Positions 19,058 through 29,340 of a stretch of 64,000 nucleotides of DNA are shown here, in pieces (the stretch's first letter is position 1; each line of letters opens with the position of its first letter). Both the position numbers and the translations under genes were made by a program. The notes under the pieces were generated by a model that ran no database searches, was not told the origin of the DNA, and saw only the letters and a list, made by a program, of their open reading frames with translations. The DNA comes from an uncultured Acidimicrobiia bacterium (lineage in GTDB: Bacteria > Actinomycetota > Acidimicrobiia > Acidimicrobiales > AC-14), in the NCBI GenBank assembly GCA_963836205.1, contig CAWIIV010000006.1:32001-96000 (forward strand). Reading direction: 5' to 3'.

Positions 19058-19545
19058 TCACCCTCGTCCTCGGCGGGGCCCGGTCGGGGAAGTCGGAGGT
19101 CGGTGAGCGGCTGGCCGCCGCCCTCGGGCCCGACGTCACGTACCTGGCCACCGCGGCCTTCGACCCGGCCGACGACGATTGGGCCCGCCGCATCGAGAAG
19201 CACCGGGCCCGCCGCCCGCCCTCGTGGACGACGGTCGAGGCCGGCCCCGACCTGCCGACCATCGTCGCCGCCCTGGCCGGGCCCGTCCTCGTCGACTCCC
19301 TCGGGACATGGGTGGCGGGATGTTCCGCCCCCCCCGACGCCGACGCCCTCTGCCACGCCCTCGCCCACCGTGACGGGTCCACCGTCGTCGTCTCCGAGGA
19401 AGTCGGCCTCGGCGTCCACCCGTCCACCGAGGTCGGGCGGGCCTTCCGCGACGTCCTGGGCACGCTGAACCAGGCCGTGGCCGACGTCGCGGACGACGTG
19501 CTCCTCGTCGTCGCCGGTCGGGTCCTCCCCCTCGCCCGCCCGTGA
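19054..19545 (+). CDS. cobU: Adenosylcobinamide kinase/guanylyltransferase
   Basis: 'LVLGGARSGKS', 'RI.KHR.RRP..W.T.E', 'VSEEVGLGVHP', 'FRD.LG.LNQ'. Confidence 0.93.
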   Translation: MITLVLGGARSGKSEVGERLAAALGPDVTYLATAAFDPADDDWARRIEKHRARRPPSWTTVEAGPDLPTIVAALAGPVLVDSLGTWVAGCSAPPDADALCHALAHRDGSTVVVSEEVGLGVHPSTEVGRAFRDVLGTLNQAVADVADDVLLVVAGRVLPLARP

Positions 19546-19578
19546 CCCCGCCGGCCCCGGCCCCGGCCCCCCGACCGA

Positions 19579-19634
19579 CGTTCGGTGCACCCGTAGATCC
19601 GAGCCCGAACCACGTCCCCCCCGGTGCACGAAAC
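19579..19634. repeat. REP-like imperfect palindrome between cobU and cobS
   Basis: CGTTCGGTGCACC ... GGTGCACGAAACG inverted repeat. Confidence 0.45.
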
Positions 19635-19648
19635 GGGCCCGTGACCCA

Positions 19649-20362
19649 GTGATCGCGGCCCTCGCCTTCCTCACCCCCCTGGGCGGTGCCCGGGACCCTG
19701 ACCGCACCACCTTCGAATGGTTCCCCCTCGTGGGAGCACTGCTCGGAGCCGCCGTCGGGCTCGTCTGGTGGGGGGCGAACGAGCTGTGGTCGCCTCTGGT
19801 GGCCGCCACCCTGGCCGTGGCCGCCGACATCGCCCTCACCGGCGCCCTCCACGTCGACGGCCTGGCCGACACCGCCGACGGCGTCCTCCCCCACCTCGAC
19901 CGCGAGCGCCGGCTGGCGGTGATGGCCGAGCCTGACATCGGGGCCTTCGGCGTGACCGCGGTCGTGCTCACCCTCGGCCTCCGGGTGGCGGTGCTGGCGT
20001 CCCTCGAGCCCGACGTGGCCCTGCTCGCGGCCCTGTGGTGCGCGTCCCGCACGATGATGGCGGTCGTCGCCCGATCGGTGCCCTACGCCCGGCCCGACGG
20101 GGGCCTGGCCGCCGCCTTCCTCGGCCGCCCACCGGCGACGGTGGCCCTCGAGGGCACGGTCCTGGCCGTCGCCATCGGTGTCTCGCTCACCGTCGTCGGC
20201 GCCGTCCCCGCCGTGGCTGCCCTCGCCGCCCTGGCCGCCGCCGGCGCCGCCACCGTCGCCCTCGCCCGCCGCCGGCTCGGAGGCTTCACCGGCGACGTCC
20301 TGGGCGCGGCCGGCATCATCGGTGAGACGGTCGGCCTCCTCGTCGCCGCCGCCCGCTGGTGA
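19649..20362 (+). CDS. cobS: Cobalamin synthase
   Basis: 'FPLVGALLG', 'TGALHVDGLADTADG', 'GAFG', 'GGFTGDVLGA'. Confidence 0.93.
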   Translation: MIAALAFLTPLGGARDPDRTTFEWFPLVGALLGAAVGLVWWGANELWSPLVAATLAVAADIALTGALHVDGLADTADGVLPHLDRERRLAVMAEPDIGAFGVTAVVLTLGLRVAVLASLEPDVALLAALWCASRTMMAVVARSVPYARPDGGLAAAFLGRPPATVALEGTVLAVAIGVSLTVVGAVPAVAALAALAAAGAATVALARRRLGGFTGDVLGAAGIIGETVGLLVAAARW

Positions 20363-21258
20363 CGAGCCGTCCCCTGGGCGCGGCCGCCGGCATCCTCCTC
20401 GACCTGGCCCTGGGCGAGCCTCCCGCCGCCGTCCCCCACCCGGTGGCCGCCTTCGGTTCGTTCATGCTCGCGGTCGAGGACTCCCTGTGGCGTGACGACC
20501 GGGCCGCGGGCGTGGCCCACGCCGCCGTCGGCCTGGCAGTGGGCACCCTCGCCGGGGCCGGGGCCCACTCGACGACGGCCACCACCTATGTGGCGGTGGC
20601 CGGACGCCTCCTCCACGACACCGCCCTGGCGGTGGCCGCCGCCCTCGCCGCCGGCGACCTCGACCAGGCCCGATCCCTGCTCCCCGCCCTCGCCGGCCGC
20701 GACCCCTCCGGCCTCGACGAGCCCGAACTGGCCCGGGCGGTGGTGGAGTCGATCGCCGAGAACACCGTCGACGCCGTCGTCGCCCCCGCCCTGTGGGCCG
20801 CGGTCCTCGGCGGCGCCGGCGCCTTCGGCTACCGGGCGGTCAACACCCTCGACTCGATGGTGGGGCACCGTTCCGACCGCTACCAGCGTTACGGCTGGGC
20901 CAGCGCCCGCCTCGACGACGCCGCCAACTGGGTCCCGGCCCGGGTCACCGCCGCCCTCGTGGCGGCCGTCCGGCCGGGCCAGGCCGTCGAGGTGTGGCGC
21001 ACCGTCCGCCGCGACGCCCCCGGCCACCCGTCCCCCAACGCGGGCGTGGCCGAGGCCGCCTTCGCCGCCGCCCTCGGTCTCCGGCTGGGCGGCGTCAACC
21101 GCTACGGCGACCGGATCGAGCACCGGGCCCACCTCGGAAGCGGCCGTCCACCGGGTCGCGACGACATCCGCGCCGCCGTCAGCCTGTCCCGCGCCGTGAG
21201 CCTGACCCTCGCCGGCGCCCTCACCGTGATCTCCTGGGACCCCAAAACGGACTGTTAA
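20359..21258 (+). CDS. cbiB: Adenosylcobinamide-phosphate synthase (CbiB/CobD)
   Basis: 'HPVAAFG', 'ESIAENTVDAVVAP', 'YRAVNTLDSMVGHR', 'ARLDDAANWVPAR', 'SPNAG'. Confidence 0.93.
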   Translation: MTSRPLGAAAGILLDLALGEPPAAVPHPVAAFGSFMLAVEDSLWRDDRAAGVAHAAVGLAVGTLAGAGAHSTTATTYVAVAGRLLHDTALAVAAALAAGDLDQARSLLPALAGRDPSGLDEPELARAVVESIAENTVDAVVAPALWAAVLGGAGAFGYRAVNTLDSMVGHRSDRYQRYGWASARLDDAANWVPARVTAALVAAVRPGQAVEVWRTVRRDAPGHPSPNAGVAEAAFAAALGLRLGGVNRYGDRIEHRAHLGSGRPPGRDDIRAAVSLSRAVSLTLAGALTVISWDPKTDC

Positions 21259-21269
21259 CCTCGGGGATC

Positions 21270-21875
21270 ATGGGGATGGCGGAACAGCCGGCCACCCGGG
21301 TACGCGACGACGCTCGGGAACGCATCCTGTCCACCGCCTACGACCTTTTCTGCCGGCACGGCACCCGGGCCGTGGGCATCGACCGGGTCATCGCCGAGGC
21401 GGGCGTGGCCAAGATGAGCATGTACCGCCACTTCCGGTCCAAGAACGAGCTCATCGTGGCCGTCCTCGAACGCCGGCGGAACCTGTGGACCGAGGGCTGG
21501 GTCCAGGCCGAGACCGCCCGCCGGGCCACCGACCCCGCCGATCGGCTGCTCGCCATCTTCGACATCTTCGACGGTTGGTTCCGGGAGCAGTCGTTCGAGG
21601 GGTGCACGTTCATCAACATGCTCCTCGAGGTCACCGACCGCGACAGCCCGGTGCACCAGGCCAGCCGCGAGCACCTGCTCGTGATCCGGGAGTTCGTGCG
21701 AGGACTGGCCGAGGAGGCCGGCGTGCGCGACCCGGAGATGCTCGCCCGCCAGTGGCACATCCTCATGAAGGGCTCGATCGTGGCCGCCGGCGAGGGCGAC
21801 GTGGAAGCGGCCCAGGGCGCCCGCCAGGTGGGTGCCCTCCTGCTCGACCACGAGCTGGCCCTCGCCCGGGCCTGA
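21270..21875 (+). CDS. TetR-family regulator
   Basis: 'RERIL.TA..LF...G..AVGIDRVIAEAGVAKMSMYRHFRSK', 'GCTFIN'. Confidence 0.92.
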   Translation: MGMAEQPATRVRDDARERILSTAYDLFCRHGTRAVGIDRVIAEAGVAKMSMYRHFRSKNELIVAVLERRRNLWTEGWVQAETARRATDPADRLLAIFDIFDGWFREQSFEGCTFINMLLEVTDRDSPVHQASREHLLVIREFVRGLAEEAGVRDPEMLARQWHILMKGSIVAAGEGDVEAAQGARQVGALLLDHELALARA

Positions 21876-21878
21876 GCG

Positions 21879-22370
21879 CTACCCGCCGAGCACCACCAGC
21901 CGGGCGATCAGGCTTCCCGGCGCCCCCGGCTGTCCAGTCACCTCCACCGTCGCGCCCTCGTCGACGTCCTGCAACGTCGCCGCCGACCCGCCGGCCGTCC
22001 GATACTCCGTCTCCTCGGTGAGGGCGACCCTCGAGTAGCCGTCGACCGGCGGGTCGATCTGGAGCACCCGGGCGCTGGCGAAGACGGTCAGCACGGTGCC
22101 CCGCACGGTGACCTCACCGGGGGCGACGGTCGAGCCGGCCGTCGGCACGGTGGACGACGGGGTGGACGTGGCCGACGTGGGCGGGCCCGTCGTCGCAGTC
22201 GTGGCCGGCCCGGTCGACGCCGGCCCGGTCGACGCCGGCGTCGGCGTCGACGTCGACGTCGACGTGGTGGACGGCGGCCGGTCGGCGGTGTCGGAGTCGC
22301 CGTCGGAGCACGCCCCGGCCACGACCAGGACGGCAACCACCGCCACCGTTCTCAGCCGCCCGTCGAGCAC
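21879..22370 (-). CDS. Putative lipoprotein with a Thr/Ser/Pro linker and a small OB-like (DUF5666-like) domain
   Basis: Lipobox-like 'AGAC', low-complexity linker, 'TEY...L.DV..GA.VEVTG'. Confidence 0.65.
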   Translation of the reverse strand: MLDGRLRTVAVVAVLVVAGACSDGDSDTADRPPSTTSTSTSTPTPASTGPASTGPATTATTGPPTSATSTPSSTVPTAGSTVAPGEVTVRGTVLTVFASARVLQIDPPVDGYSRVALTEETEYRTAGGSAATLQDVDEGATVEVTGQPGAPGSLIARLVVLGG

Positions 22371-22379
22371 CGCCCCACT

Positions 22380-23777
22380 CTACGGCTGGCAGTCCTCGAT
22401 GAAGCCGGCCGCCTTCCGCAGCGTGGCCGGTGTCGGCTCGTCGACGATCAGCTCCTCGTCGGTGAGCCCGAGGACGAGCGCCGACCCGAAGCAGCGAGCC
22501 TCCTCCCGGCTGGCGCCCTCGTCGAGCGCGTCCACCGCCACGTAGGTGCGGGTGACGGCCAGCTCCAGGGCCAGGGCCGACCCGCCGGTGCCCCCCGCCG
22601 CATCCGGGCCCGGGTCGCAGGACTCCAGGTGGACGATGTCGCCGTCGCGCGACGTGGTCGAGTTGTCCGGCGACGCTTCCACCCAGGCGGCGAGGGCGTC
22701 GGCCAGCTCGTCCGTCTCCGCCTCGTCGTCGCCCGTGACGTCGAGCCGGATGCACGTGCGGTCGTCGCGGGGAAACACGACGTAGGCGTCGCCGCCCCAC
22801 CCGGTGGCCGCGGCCAGGGCCAGGCGGGGGTCGATGCGCTCGGCCAGCACGACCATCAGTGAGACGGCACCGAAGTCGCCGTCGTCGAACGCATCCTCCC
22901 CGCCTGTGTCGGGCACGTCCACGAACGTGGGATCGTCGCCGTCGAAGTAGGCGAACGGGTCGAACACCTGCTCCTCGCTGATCGGCGGATCGTCGAAAGC
23001 GGAGTCCACCGACTCCCCCGCGACCTCGTCGAGGACGGCGATGAACGAGTCCCCCAGGCCGTAGATGGCCCCGAACAGGGTGCTCAAGGCGGCCGGGACT
23101 TCGCCGGTGGCGGCCTGGAAGTCCTCGAAGCCGGCCGCGTTCTCCTCCTCGATGGCGTCCTGGGTGGCCTGGTCGAGGCTCTCGACGTACCGCTGCTCGA
23201 TGCGGTCGGCGTCACCCTCCACCAGGGAGTCGAAGGCGAAGGTCTCCCCGCTCAACGGCTCCTCGTCGGCCTCGCGGTAGCGGTCGAGGGCGAAGACCTG
23301 GTCCTGGAGGACGTGGGTGAGCTCGTGGACCAGGGTGACGGCCAGCCCGGGCGTGACCTCGGTGCCCCGCACGACGACCTGCTCCTCGAAGCTGTCGTAG
23401 TAGGCCAGGGTCCCGGTGTCGGTGAGGTCGTTGGTGGCGTCGATGAGGCTGGTGTCGCCGGAGAGGATGCCCAAGGCCCGCATCTCCCCCTCGAACTGCT
23501 CGATCTCGGCCGCCTCCTCCTCGCTGAGCGACCCTTCGTCGGTACGGGTCCGCTCCGAGTACTCGTCCGCGGTGAGGAAGTCGACCGGGACCGGATGGTC
23601 GAACAGGGCCCCCCGCTCCCGCTCCACGAACTGGGCCAGGTCGAGCACCCGGGCGTCCCACTCCGACGGATACTCGTCCTCGGTGGTGCGAACGATCACG
23701 GCGGTGACGCCGGCGGCAAAGACCACGGCCACCGCCACGGCCGTGACCCACTCGAACAGGCGCGAACGACTGACCAC
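22380..23777 (-). CDS. Acidic membrane-anchored protein with an HExxH zinc motif (putative surface metallopeptidase)
   Basis: GTG at 23777 with a GGAGG RBS; N-terminal TM; 'LVHELTHVLQDQ..EGDA', 'GWGGD'. Confidence 0.75.
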   Translation of the reverse strand: MVSRSRLFEWVTAVAVAVVFAAGVTAVIVRTTEDEYPSEWDARVLDLAQFVERERGALFDHPVPVDFLTADEYSERTRTDEGSLSEEEAAEIEQFEGEMRALGILSGDTSLIDATNDLTDTGTLAYYDSFEEQVVVRGTEVTPGLAVTLVHELTHVLQDQVFALDRYREADEEPLSGETFAFDSLVEGDADRIEQRYVESLDQATQDAIEEENAAGFEDFQAATGEVPAALSTLFGAIYGLGDSFIAVLDEVAGESVDSAFDDPPISEEQVFDPFAYFDGDDPTFVDVPDTGGEDAFDDGDFGAVSLMVVLAERIDPRLALAAATGWGGDAYVVFPRDDRTCIRLDVTGDDEAETDELADALAAWVEASPDNSTTSRDGDIVHLESCDPGPDAAGGTGGSALALELAVTRTYVAVDALDEGASREEARCFGSALVLGLTDEELIVDEPTPATLRKAAGFIEDCQP

Positions 23778-23873
23778 CCTGACCTCCGATTTTCGCCGTC
23801 CTCCAAGTATCGACGGTGCCGGGGCCTTCCTTGAACGGCGGCCGGCGGGCCGGTGCGCCGGTAGCCTTCCCCC

Positions 23874-24733
23874 GTGACCAAGATCGCCGACCTGCTCGCC
23901 GCCGGGCGGTGCTTCTCGTTCGAGTTCTTCCCGCCCCGCACCGAGGCCGCGGAGGCGACGCTGCGCCAAACCCTCGTCGAGCTCGAGCCGCTTCGCCCGT
24001 CGTTCGTGTCCTTCACCTACGGCGCGGGGGGAACCACCCGGGAGAAGACCTACGAGATCGTCATCGACGTGCTGCGGAACACGTCGATGACCCCCATGGC
24101 CCACCTGTGCTGCGCCGGGCACACGGCTGACGAGCTGCGGTCGCTGCTCGAGGCCTACCGGGCCGACGGGGTGGAGAACATCCTCGCCCTCCGGGGCGAC
24201 CCGCCCGCCGACCTCGGCCTGCCCCCCGGCGACATCCTCCACGCGGCCGAGCTGGTCGAGCTGGTGCGGGAGACGGGCCCGTTCTCGGTGGGCGTGGCCG
24301 CCCATCCCGAGGGCCACCCCGCCTGCGGCGACCGCACCCTCGACCGCCAACGGCAGGCGGCCAAGCTGGCCAAGGCCGACTTCGCGGTGACGCAGTTCTT
24401 CTTCAACCTCGACGACTACCTCGGCCTCGTCGACGACCTGGCCGCCCTCGGCGTCGACAAGCCGGTGCTGCCCGGGATCATGCCCGTCACCAACGTGGCC
24501 CAGATCGAGCGCTTCGCCAAGATGTCCGGCGCCGCCTTCCCCGGTTGGCTGGCCGAGCGCCTTCGGGCGGTGGAGGACGATCCCGAGAAGGTCCGCCGGG
24601 TGGGCGTCGAAGTGGCCACCGAGCTGAGCCAGGCCCTGCTCGACGCCGGCGCGCCGGGGCTGCACTTCTACACCCTGAACCGCTCCCAGGCCACGACCGA
24701 GATCTGGACGGCCCTGGGCCTGGGCCTGGGTAG
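23874..24733 (+). CDS. metF: 5,10-methylenetetrahydrofolate reductase
   Basis: 'SFEFFPP', 'TYGAGG', 'LALRGDPP', 'HPEGHP', 'TQFFF', 'HFYTLN'; the likely true stop (TAG 24731-24733) is out of frame by one indel. Confidence 0.92.
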
Positions 24734-24760
24734 GACCCCGGCCGTCTGGCCGGTGGGGGC

Positions 24761-24776
24761 GGTATGCTGGCATACC
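24761..24776 (+). promoter_or_regulatory. TA operator/promoter palindrome
   Basis: GGTATGC-TG-GCATACC perfect inverted repeat containing a TATGCT -10 directly before ATG 24777. Confidence 0.65.
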
Positions 24777-25016
24777 ATGCGCCGAACCACAGTGAAGCTG
24801 CCCGATGACCTCGACGCCCGGCTCCGTCACGAGGCGGAGCGGCGGGGCACGACGGTGTCCGCCCTGACGCGAGAAGCGATCGAAGCCCATCTCGGTGGTA
24901 GGGGCAGTGGTGGCCGTCGCTCGCTTCTCGCTGCCGGTGCCGGCGCCAGCGGCCACACCGACATCTCCGAACGCATCGAGGACATCCTCGCGGCCGAGGT
25001 TCCGGGATCGCGCTGA
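24777..25016 (+). CDS. vapB: RHH/CopG antitoxin (VapB)
   Basis: 'MRRTTVKLPDDLDARLRHEAERRGTTVSALTREAIE..D.SER.EDIL'. Confidence 0.85.
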   Translation: MRRTTVKLPDDLDARLRHEAERRGTTVSALTREAIEAHLGGRGSGGRRSLLAAGAGASGHTDISERIEDILAAEVPGSR

Positions 25017-25418
25017 TCGTCGACGCCGGTCCGCTGTACGCCTACGTCGACCGCGACGATGCCCACCACACCGCCTGCCTCCACCTCCTCGAGACCCACA
25101 TCGGACCGCTGATCGTCCCTGAGCTCGTCATCACCGAGGTCGTCTACCTGCTCGGCACCCGCATCGGCGTCGACGCCGAGGTGCGATTCCTCGGCGACTC
25201 TGGCGGCCGGGAATCTCATCCCCGAGCCGGTCGCGCCCGCCGACTGGCTACGCATCGCCGACCTGGTCGGCAGGTACCGCGACCTTCCGCTTGGGACAGT
25301 GGATGCTTCGGTCGTGGTCGCCGGCGAACGCCTGGGGATCGCCGAGATCGCCACCCTCGATCGCCGCCACTTCTCCGTCGTCAGACCGGCCGGCCGAACC
25401 TTCGACCTCCTGCCGTGA
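25007..25418 (+). CDS. vapC: PIN-domain toxin (frameshift near 25200; apparent ATC start)
   Basis: '(I)ALIVDAGPLYAYVDRDDAHH..VITEV.YL..RYRDLPLGTVDASVV..ERL..IATLDRRHF'. Confidence 0.85.
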
Positions 25419-25592
25419 ACAGGGCTGCGTCGGCCGACTGGTCCACCGGCCTTCCGGCGGACATTGAGCCGGCGGCTGCTCGCTCCGCGTCCCGCTCGGA
25501 AGGTGTCGCGTTCGGCGGCCACCGTGGCCCTTTCAGCAACCGCACACCGGCTCGAAGCTGGCGACCAGACCGACCCCGACCGACTCGCGGCC

Positions 25593-26321
<729 letters not shown>

Positions 26322-26329
26322 GGCGAGCC

Positions 26330-28342
26330 TCAGCCGGCCTGGGGCTCGGGTTCGCCCAGATAGGCCTCGATCACCCTCGGGTCGCGCTGCACGTCGGCGG
26401 GCCGGCCCTCGGCGATCTTCTCGCCGAAGTCGAGCACGCACACCCGGTCGGACGCCCCCATCACCAGGCTCATGTCGTGGTCGATGAGGACGATGGTGAG
26501 GCCCTCGTCCCGCAGCCGGCGGATCAGCGCCATCACCGCCTGCTTCTCCGCCGCCCCCATGCCCGCCGCGGGTTCGTCGAGGAGGAGGACCTGGGGCCGG
26601 GTGGCCACCGCCCGGGCGATCTCCAGCCGCCGCTGGTCGCCGTAGGGCAGGTTGCGGGCCAGGTCGCCGGCCCGGTGCCCGATGCCGACCAGCGCCAGCA
26701 GGGTGCGGGCCTCGTCCCGGCTCTCCCGCTCCTCCCGCCGGTGGCGGCGCAGGCCGAACAGCGCCCCCGGCACGCTCGTGCGGTGGCGGGAGTCGGCGCC
26801 GATCATCACGTTCTCCAGGGCCGTCATGTTGGGGAACAGGCGGATGTTCTGGAACGTGCGGGCGACGCCGGCCTGGGTGACCTCGTGGGGCCGGTCGCCG
26901 CAGATGGTCGTCCCGTCGAGGCGGATATCGCCCCCGGTGGGACGGAACACGCCCGTGACGCAGTTGAACACGGTCGTCTTGCCCGCCCCGTTGGGACCGA
27001 TGAGCCCGAGGATCTCGCCCCGGTTCACGACCACGTCGACCCCCCGGAGGGCGACCACGCCCCCGAACTCCATCCGCACCCCGTCCAGCTCGAGCACGTT
27101 CGACCCCTTGGCCCCCGAGGCCAGGTCGACCGAAACCGGTGCCGCCATCGGGCCGGGGACCGGGATCGGCGCCCCACCCACCTCGGCCTCCGCCTCCACG
27201 TCGACCGCCACCGGCGCCTCGACCGTTCCACCCATGCCCCCCTCGGGCGGGGCCTCGGCCAGCTCCGCCGCCCGCTGCCGGCTGGGGATCAGGCCCTGGG
27301 GCCGGAAGATCATCATCACCACCAGGGCCAGCCCGAACAGCAGCACCCGGTACTCGGTGATGTTGGTGGCGTGGCCGCCGAGGATGGTGTTGAGCCAACG
27401 GGTCAGCGTCTCCCCCGCGGCCGCGTCCCGGAGATACTCGGGGAGGAACGCCACCGCGAACGCGCCCACCACCACGCCCGGGATCGAGCCCATCCCGCCC
27501 AGCACCACCGCCGACAGCAGGATCACGGAGAGGAAGAACGGGAAGTTGTCGGGGTTGATGAAGCTCACCCGGCTGGCGTAGATCCATCCTCCCAACCCGC
27601 CGGTCGACGCCCCGATGGCGAACGCCCACAGCTTCATCTTGAACGTCGGGACACCCATGGCCTCGGCCGCGTCCTCGTCCTCCCGGATGGCAGCCCACGC
27701 CCGACCCACGCGCGACCGCTTCAGGCGCACGATCATCGTCACCGCCAGCGCGATGGCGACAAGGGTGAGGTAGTAGTACGGCAGCGGGTCGAGCCCGAAC
27801 TTCACCCCCAGCACCGGCGTGGGGTGGGGGATGGCCGAGATGCCGCGGGACGCCCCCAGCGACTCCGAGTTCTGGGCCACGATGCGGGCGATCTCGCCGA
27901 AGCCGAGGGTGACGATGGCCAGGTAGTCGCCCCGTAACCGCAGGGTGGGGGCGCCCAGGATCACACCCGCCACCGACGCCAGCAGCACGGCCACCACCAG
28001 CGCCTCCCACGCGGTCCAGCCGGCCGACGTCGTCAGCTTGGCCGTGGTGTAGGCGCCGACCGCGTAGAAGGCCACGTAGCCGAGGTCGAGGAGGCCGGCC
28101 TGGCCCACCACCACGTTGAGTCCCAAGGCCAGGAGGACGAACACCGCCACCGGGTAGAACAGCACGCTCTGCCACACGGTGGAGATCCCGAGCGGGGCGA
28201 GGATCGCCCCCAGGACGGCGAGGCCGATCACCGCCGCCCGCATCCAGCGGCCCTGCCGGTCCCACCACCGGGCCACCGGCGCCACCACTGACGGCAGCCA
28301 CGACCGCCGTCCCGCCATGCGCCCAGCCCGCAGCCGTCTCAC
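26330..28342 (-). CDS. livM: LivM permease fused to LivG ATPase
   Basis: 'GLLDLGYVAFYAVGAY', 'LRGDYLAIVTLGFGEI', then in frame 'GPNGAGKTT', 'LPYGDQRRLEIARA', 'DEPAAG'. Confidence 0.9.
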   Translation of the reverse strand: MRRLRAGRMAGRRSWLPSVVAPVARWWDRQGRWMRAAVIGLAVLGAILAPLGISTVWQSVLFYPVAVFVLLALGLNVVVGQAGLLDLGYVAFYAVGAYTTAKLTTSAGWTAWEALVVAVLLASVAGVILGAPTLRLRGDYLAIVTLGFGEIARIVAQNSESLGASRGISAIPHPTPVLGVKFGLDPLPYYYLTLVAIALAVTMIVRLKRSRVGRAWAAIREDEDAAEAMGVPTFKMKLWAFAIGASTGGLGGWIYASRVSFINPDNFPFFLSVILLSAVVLGGMGSIPGVVVGAFAVAFLPEYLRDAAAGETLTRWLNTILGGHATNITEYRVLLFGLALVVMMIFRPQGLIPSRQRAAELAEAPPEGGMGGTVEAPVAVDVEAEAEVGGAPIPVPGPMAAPVSVDLASGAKGSNVLELDGVRMEFGGVVALRGVDVVVNRGEILGLIGPNGAGKTTVFNCVTGVFRPTGGDIRLDGTTICGDRPHEVTQAGVARTFQNIRLFPNMTALENVMIGADSRHRTSVPGALFGLRRHRREERESRDEARTLLALVGIGHRAGDLARNLPYGDQRRLEIARAVATRPQVLLLDEPAAGMGAAEKQAVMALIRRLRDEGLTIVLIDHDMSLVMGASDRVCVLDFGEKIAEGRPADVQRDPRVIEAYLGEPEPQAG

Positions 28343-29295
28343 GCCCGGGCCCTCCCCAGGCTCTCGCCCAGCAGGCCGGTGGGACGGAACAGCAGCACCA
28401 GGACCAGGACGGCGAACGCGAACACGTCCTTCCACTCGCCGCCGAGCACGGTCGACCCCCAGTTCTCCAGGAGCCCGAGCAGGAGGCCGCCCAGGAGCGC
28501 GCCGCGGATGTTGCCGATGCCCCCCAGCACGGCCGCGGTGAAGGCCTTGATGCCGGGCAGGAACCCGATGTCGAAGCGGGCGGCCTCGAAGAAGATCCCG
28601 AACAGGGTCCCGGCGGCCCCGGCCAGCATGCCTCCGAGCAGGAACGTGAGCACGACCACCCGGTTGATGTCGACGCCCATCATCGACGCCGTCTCCGGGT
28701 CCTGGGCCGCGGCCCGGATGCCCCGTCCGAGGCGGGACTTGGCCACGAAGCGCTCCAGCGCCACCATCAGCACCACCGCGAAGACGAGCACCAGCACCTT
28801 GTCGGCGCGGATGTCGGCCCCTCCGATGGACGCCAGCTGCCGCTTCTCCAGAACCCGGGGGAACCCGAGGATCTCCCGCCCGTACCGCACCGCGAACAGC
28901 TCCTGTAGGAAGAGCGACATCCCGATGGCGGTGATGAGGGCGGCCAGGCGGGGGGCGTTGCGGCGGCGCAGGGGGCGGTAGGCGATGCGCTCCATGGCCA
29001 CGGCCGTCAGCCCCGACACGGTCATGGCCACCAGCATCACGACCACGACCGTGACGACAAGCGCGACCCCCGTCTTGGCCGGGTCGCCCGTCTCGATCCC
29101 CAGCCCGTGCATGGCGAAGAGGCTGGCGAACACCCCGATCATGAACACTTCGGAATGGGCGAAGTTGATCAGGCGCAGGACGCCGTAGACGAGGGTGTAG
29201 CCGAGGGCGATGAGAGCGTAGATCGAACCCAGGGTGAGACCGTCGACCGTCTGCGGCCAGAACTGGTCGCGGAGGCACTGGAAACAGGTTTCGAT
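28339..29295 (-). CDS. livH: Branched-chain amino acid ABC permease (apparent ATC start)
   Basis: The frame continues upstream of 29148 as 'IETCFQCLRDQFWPQTVDGLTLGSIYALIALGYTLVYGVLRLINFAHSE'; 'KAFTAAVLGGIG'. Confidence 0.92.
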   Translation of the reverse strand: METCFQCLRDQFWPQTVDGLTLGSIYALIALGYTLVYGVLRLINFAHSEVFMIGVFASLFAMHGLGIETGDPAKTGVALVVTVVVVMLVAMTVSGLTAVAMERIAYRPLRRRNAPRLAALITAIGMSLFLQELFAVRYGREILGFPRVLEKRQLASIGGADIRADKVLVLVFAVVLMVALERFVAKSRLGRGIRAAAQDPETASMMGVDINRVVVLTFLLGGMLAGAAGTLFGIFFEAARFDIGFLPGIKAFTAAVLGGIGNIRGALLGGLLLGLLENWGSTVLGGEWKDVFAFAVLVLVLLFRPTGLLGESLGRARA

Positions 29296-29340
29296 AGCGG
29301 GCCCTGAGTCCGCTCGTTACCGTTGGGAGCCGGGCCGGCG

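Noticed and set aside
23874-25016. In-frame MetF-RHH fusion shown in the ORF track
   Set aside because: An out-of-frame TAG sits at the normal MetF end, and the RHH has its own operator, -10 and ATG and is followed by vapC; an indel artefact
26330-28342. LivM-LivG fusion as a novelty
   Set aside because: This fusion is a common, known architecture
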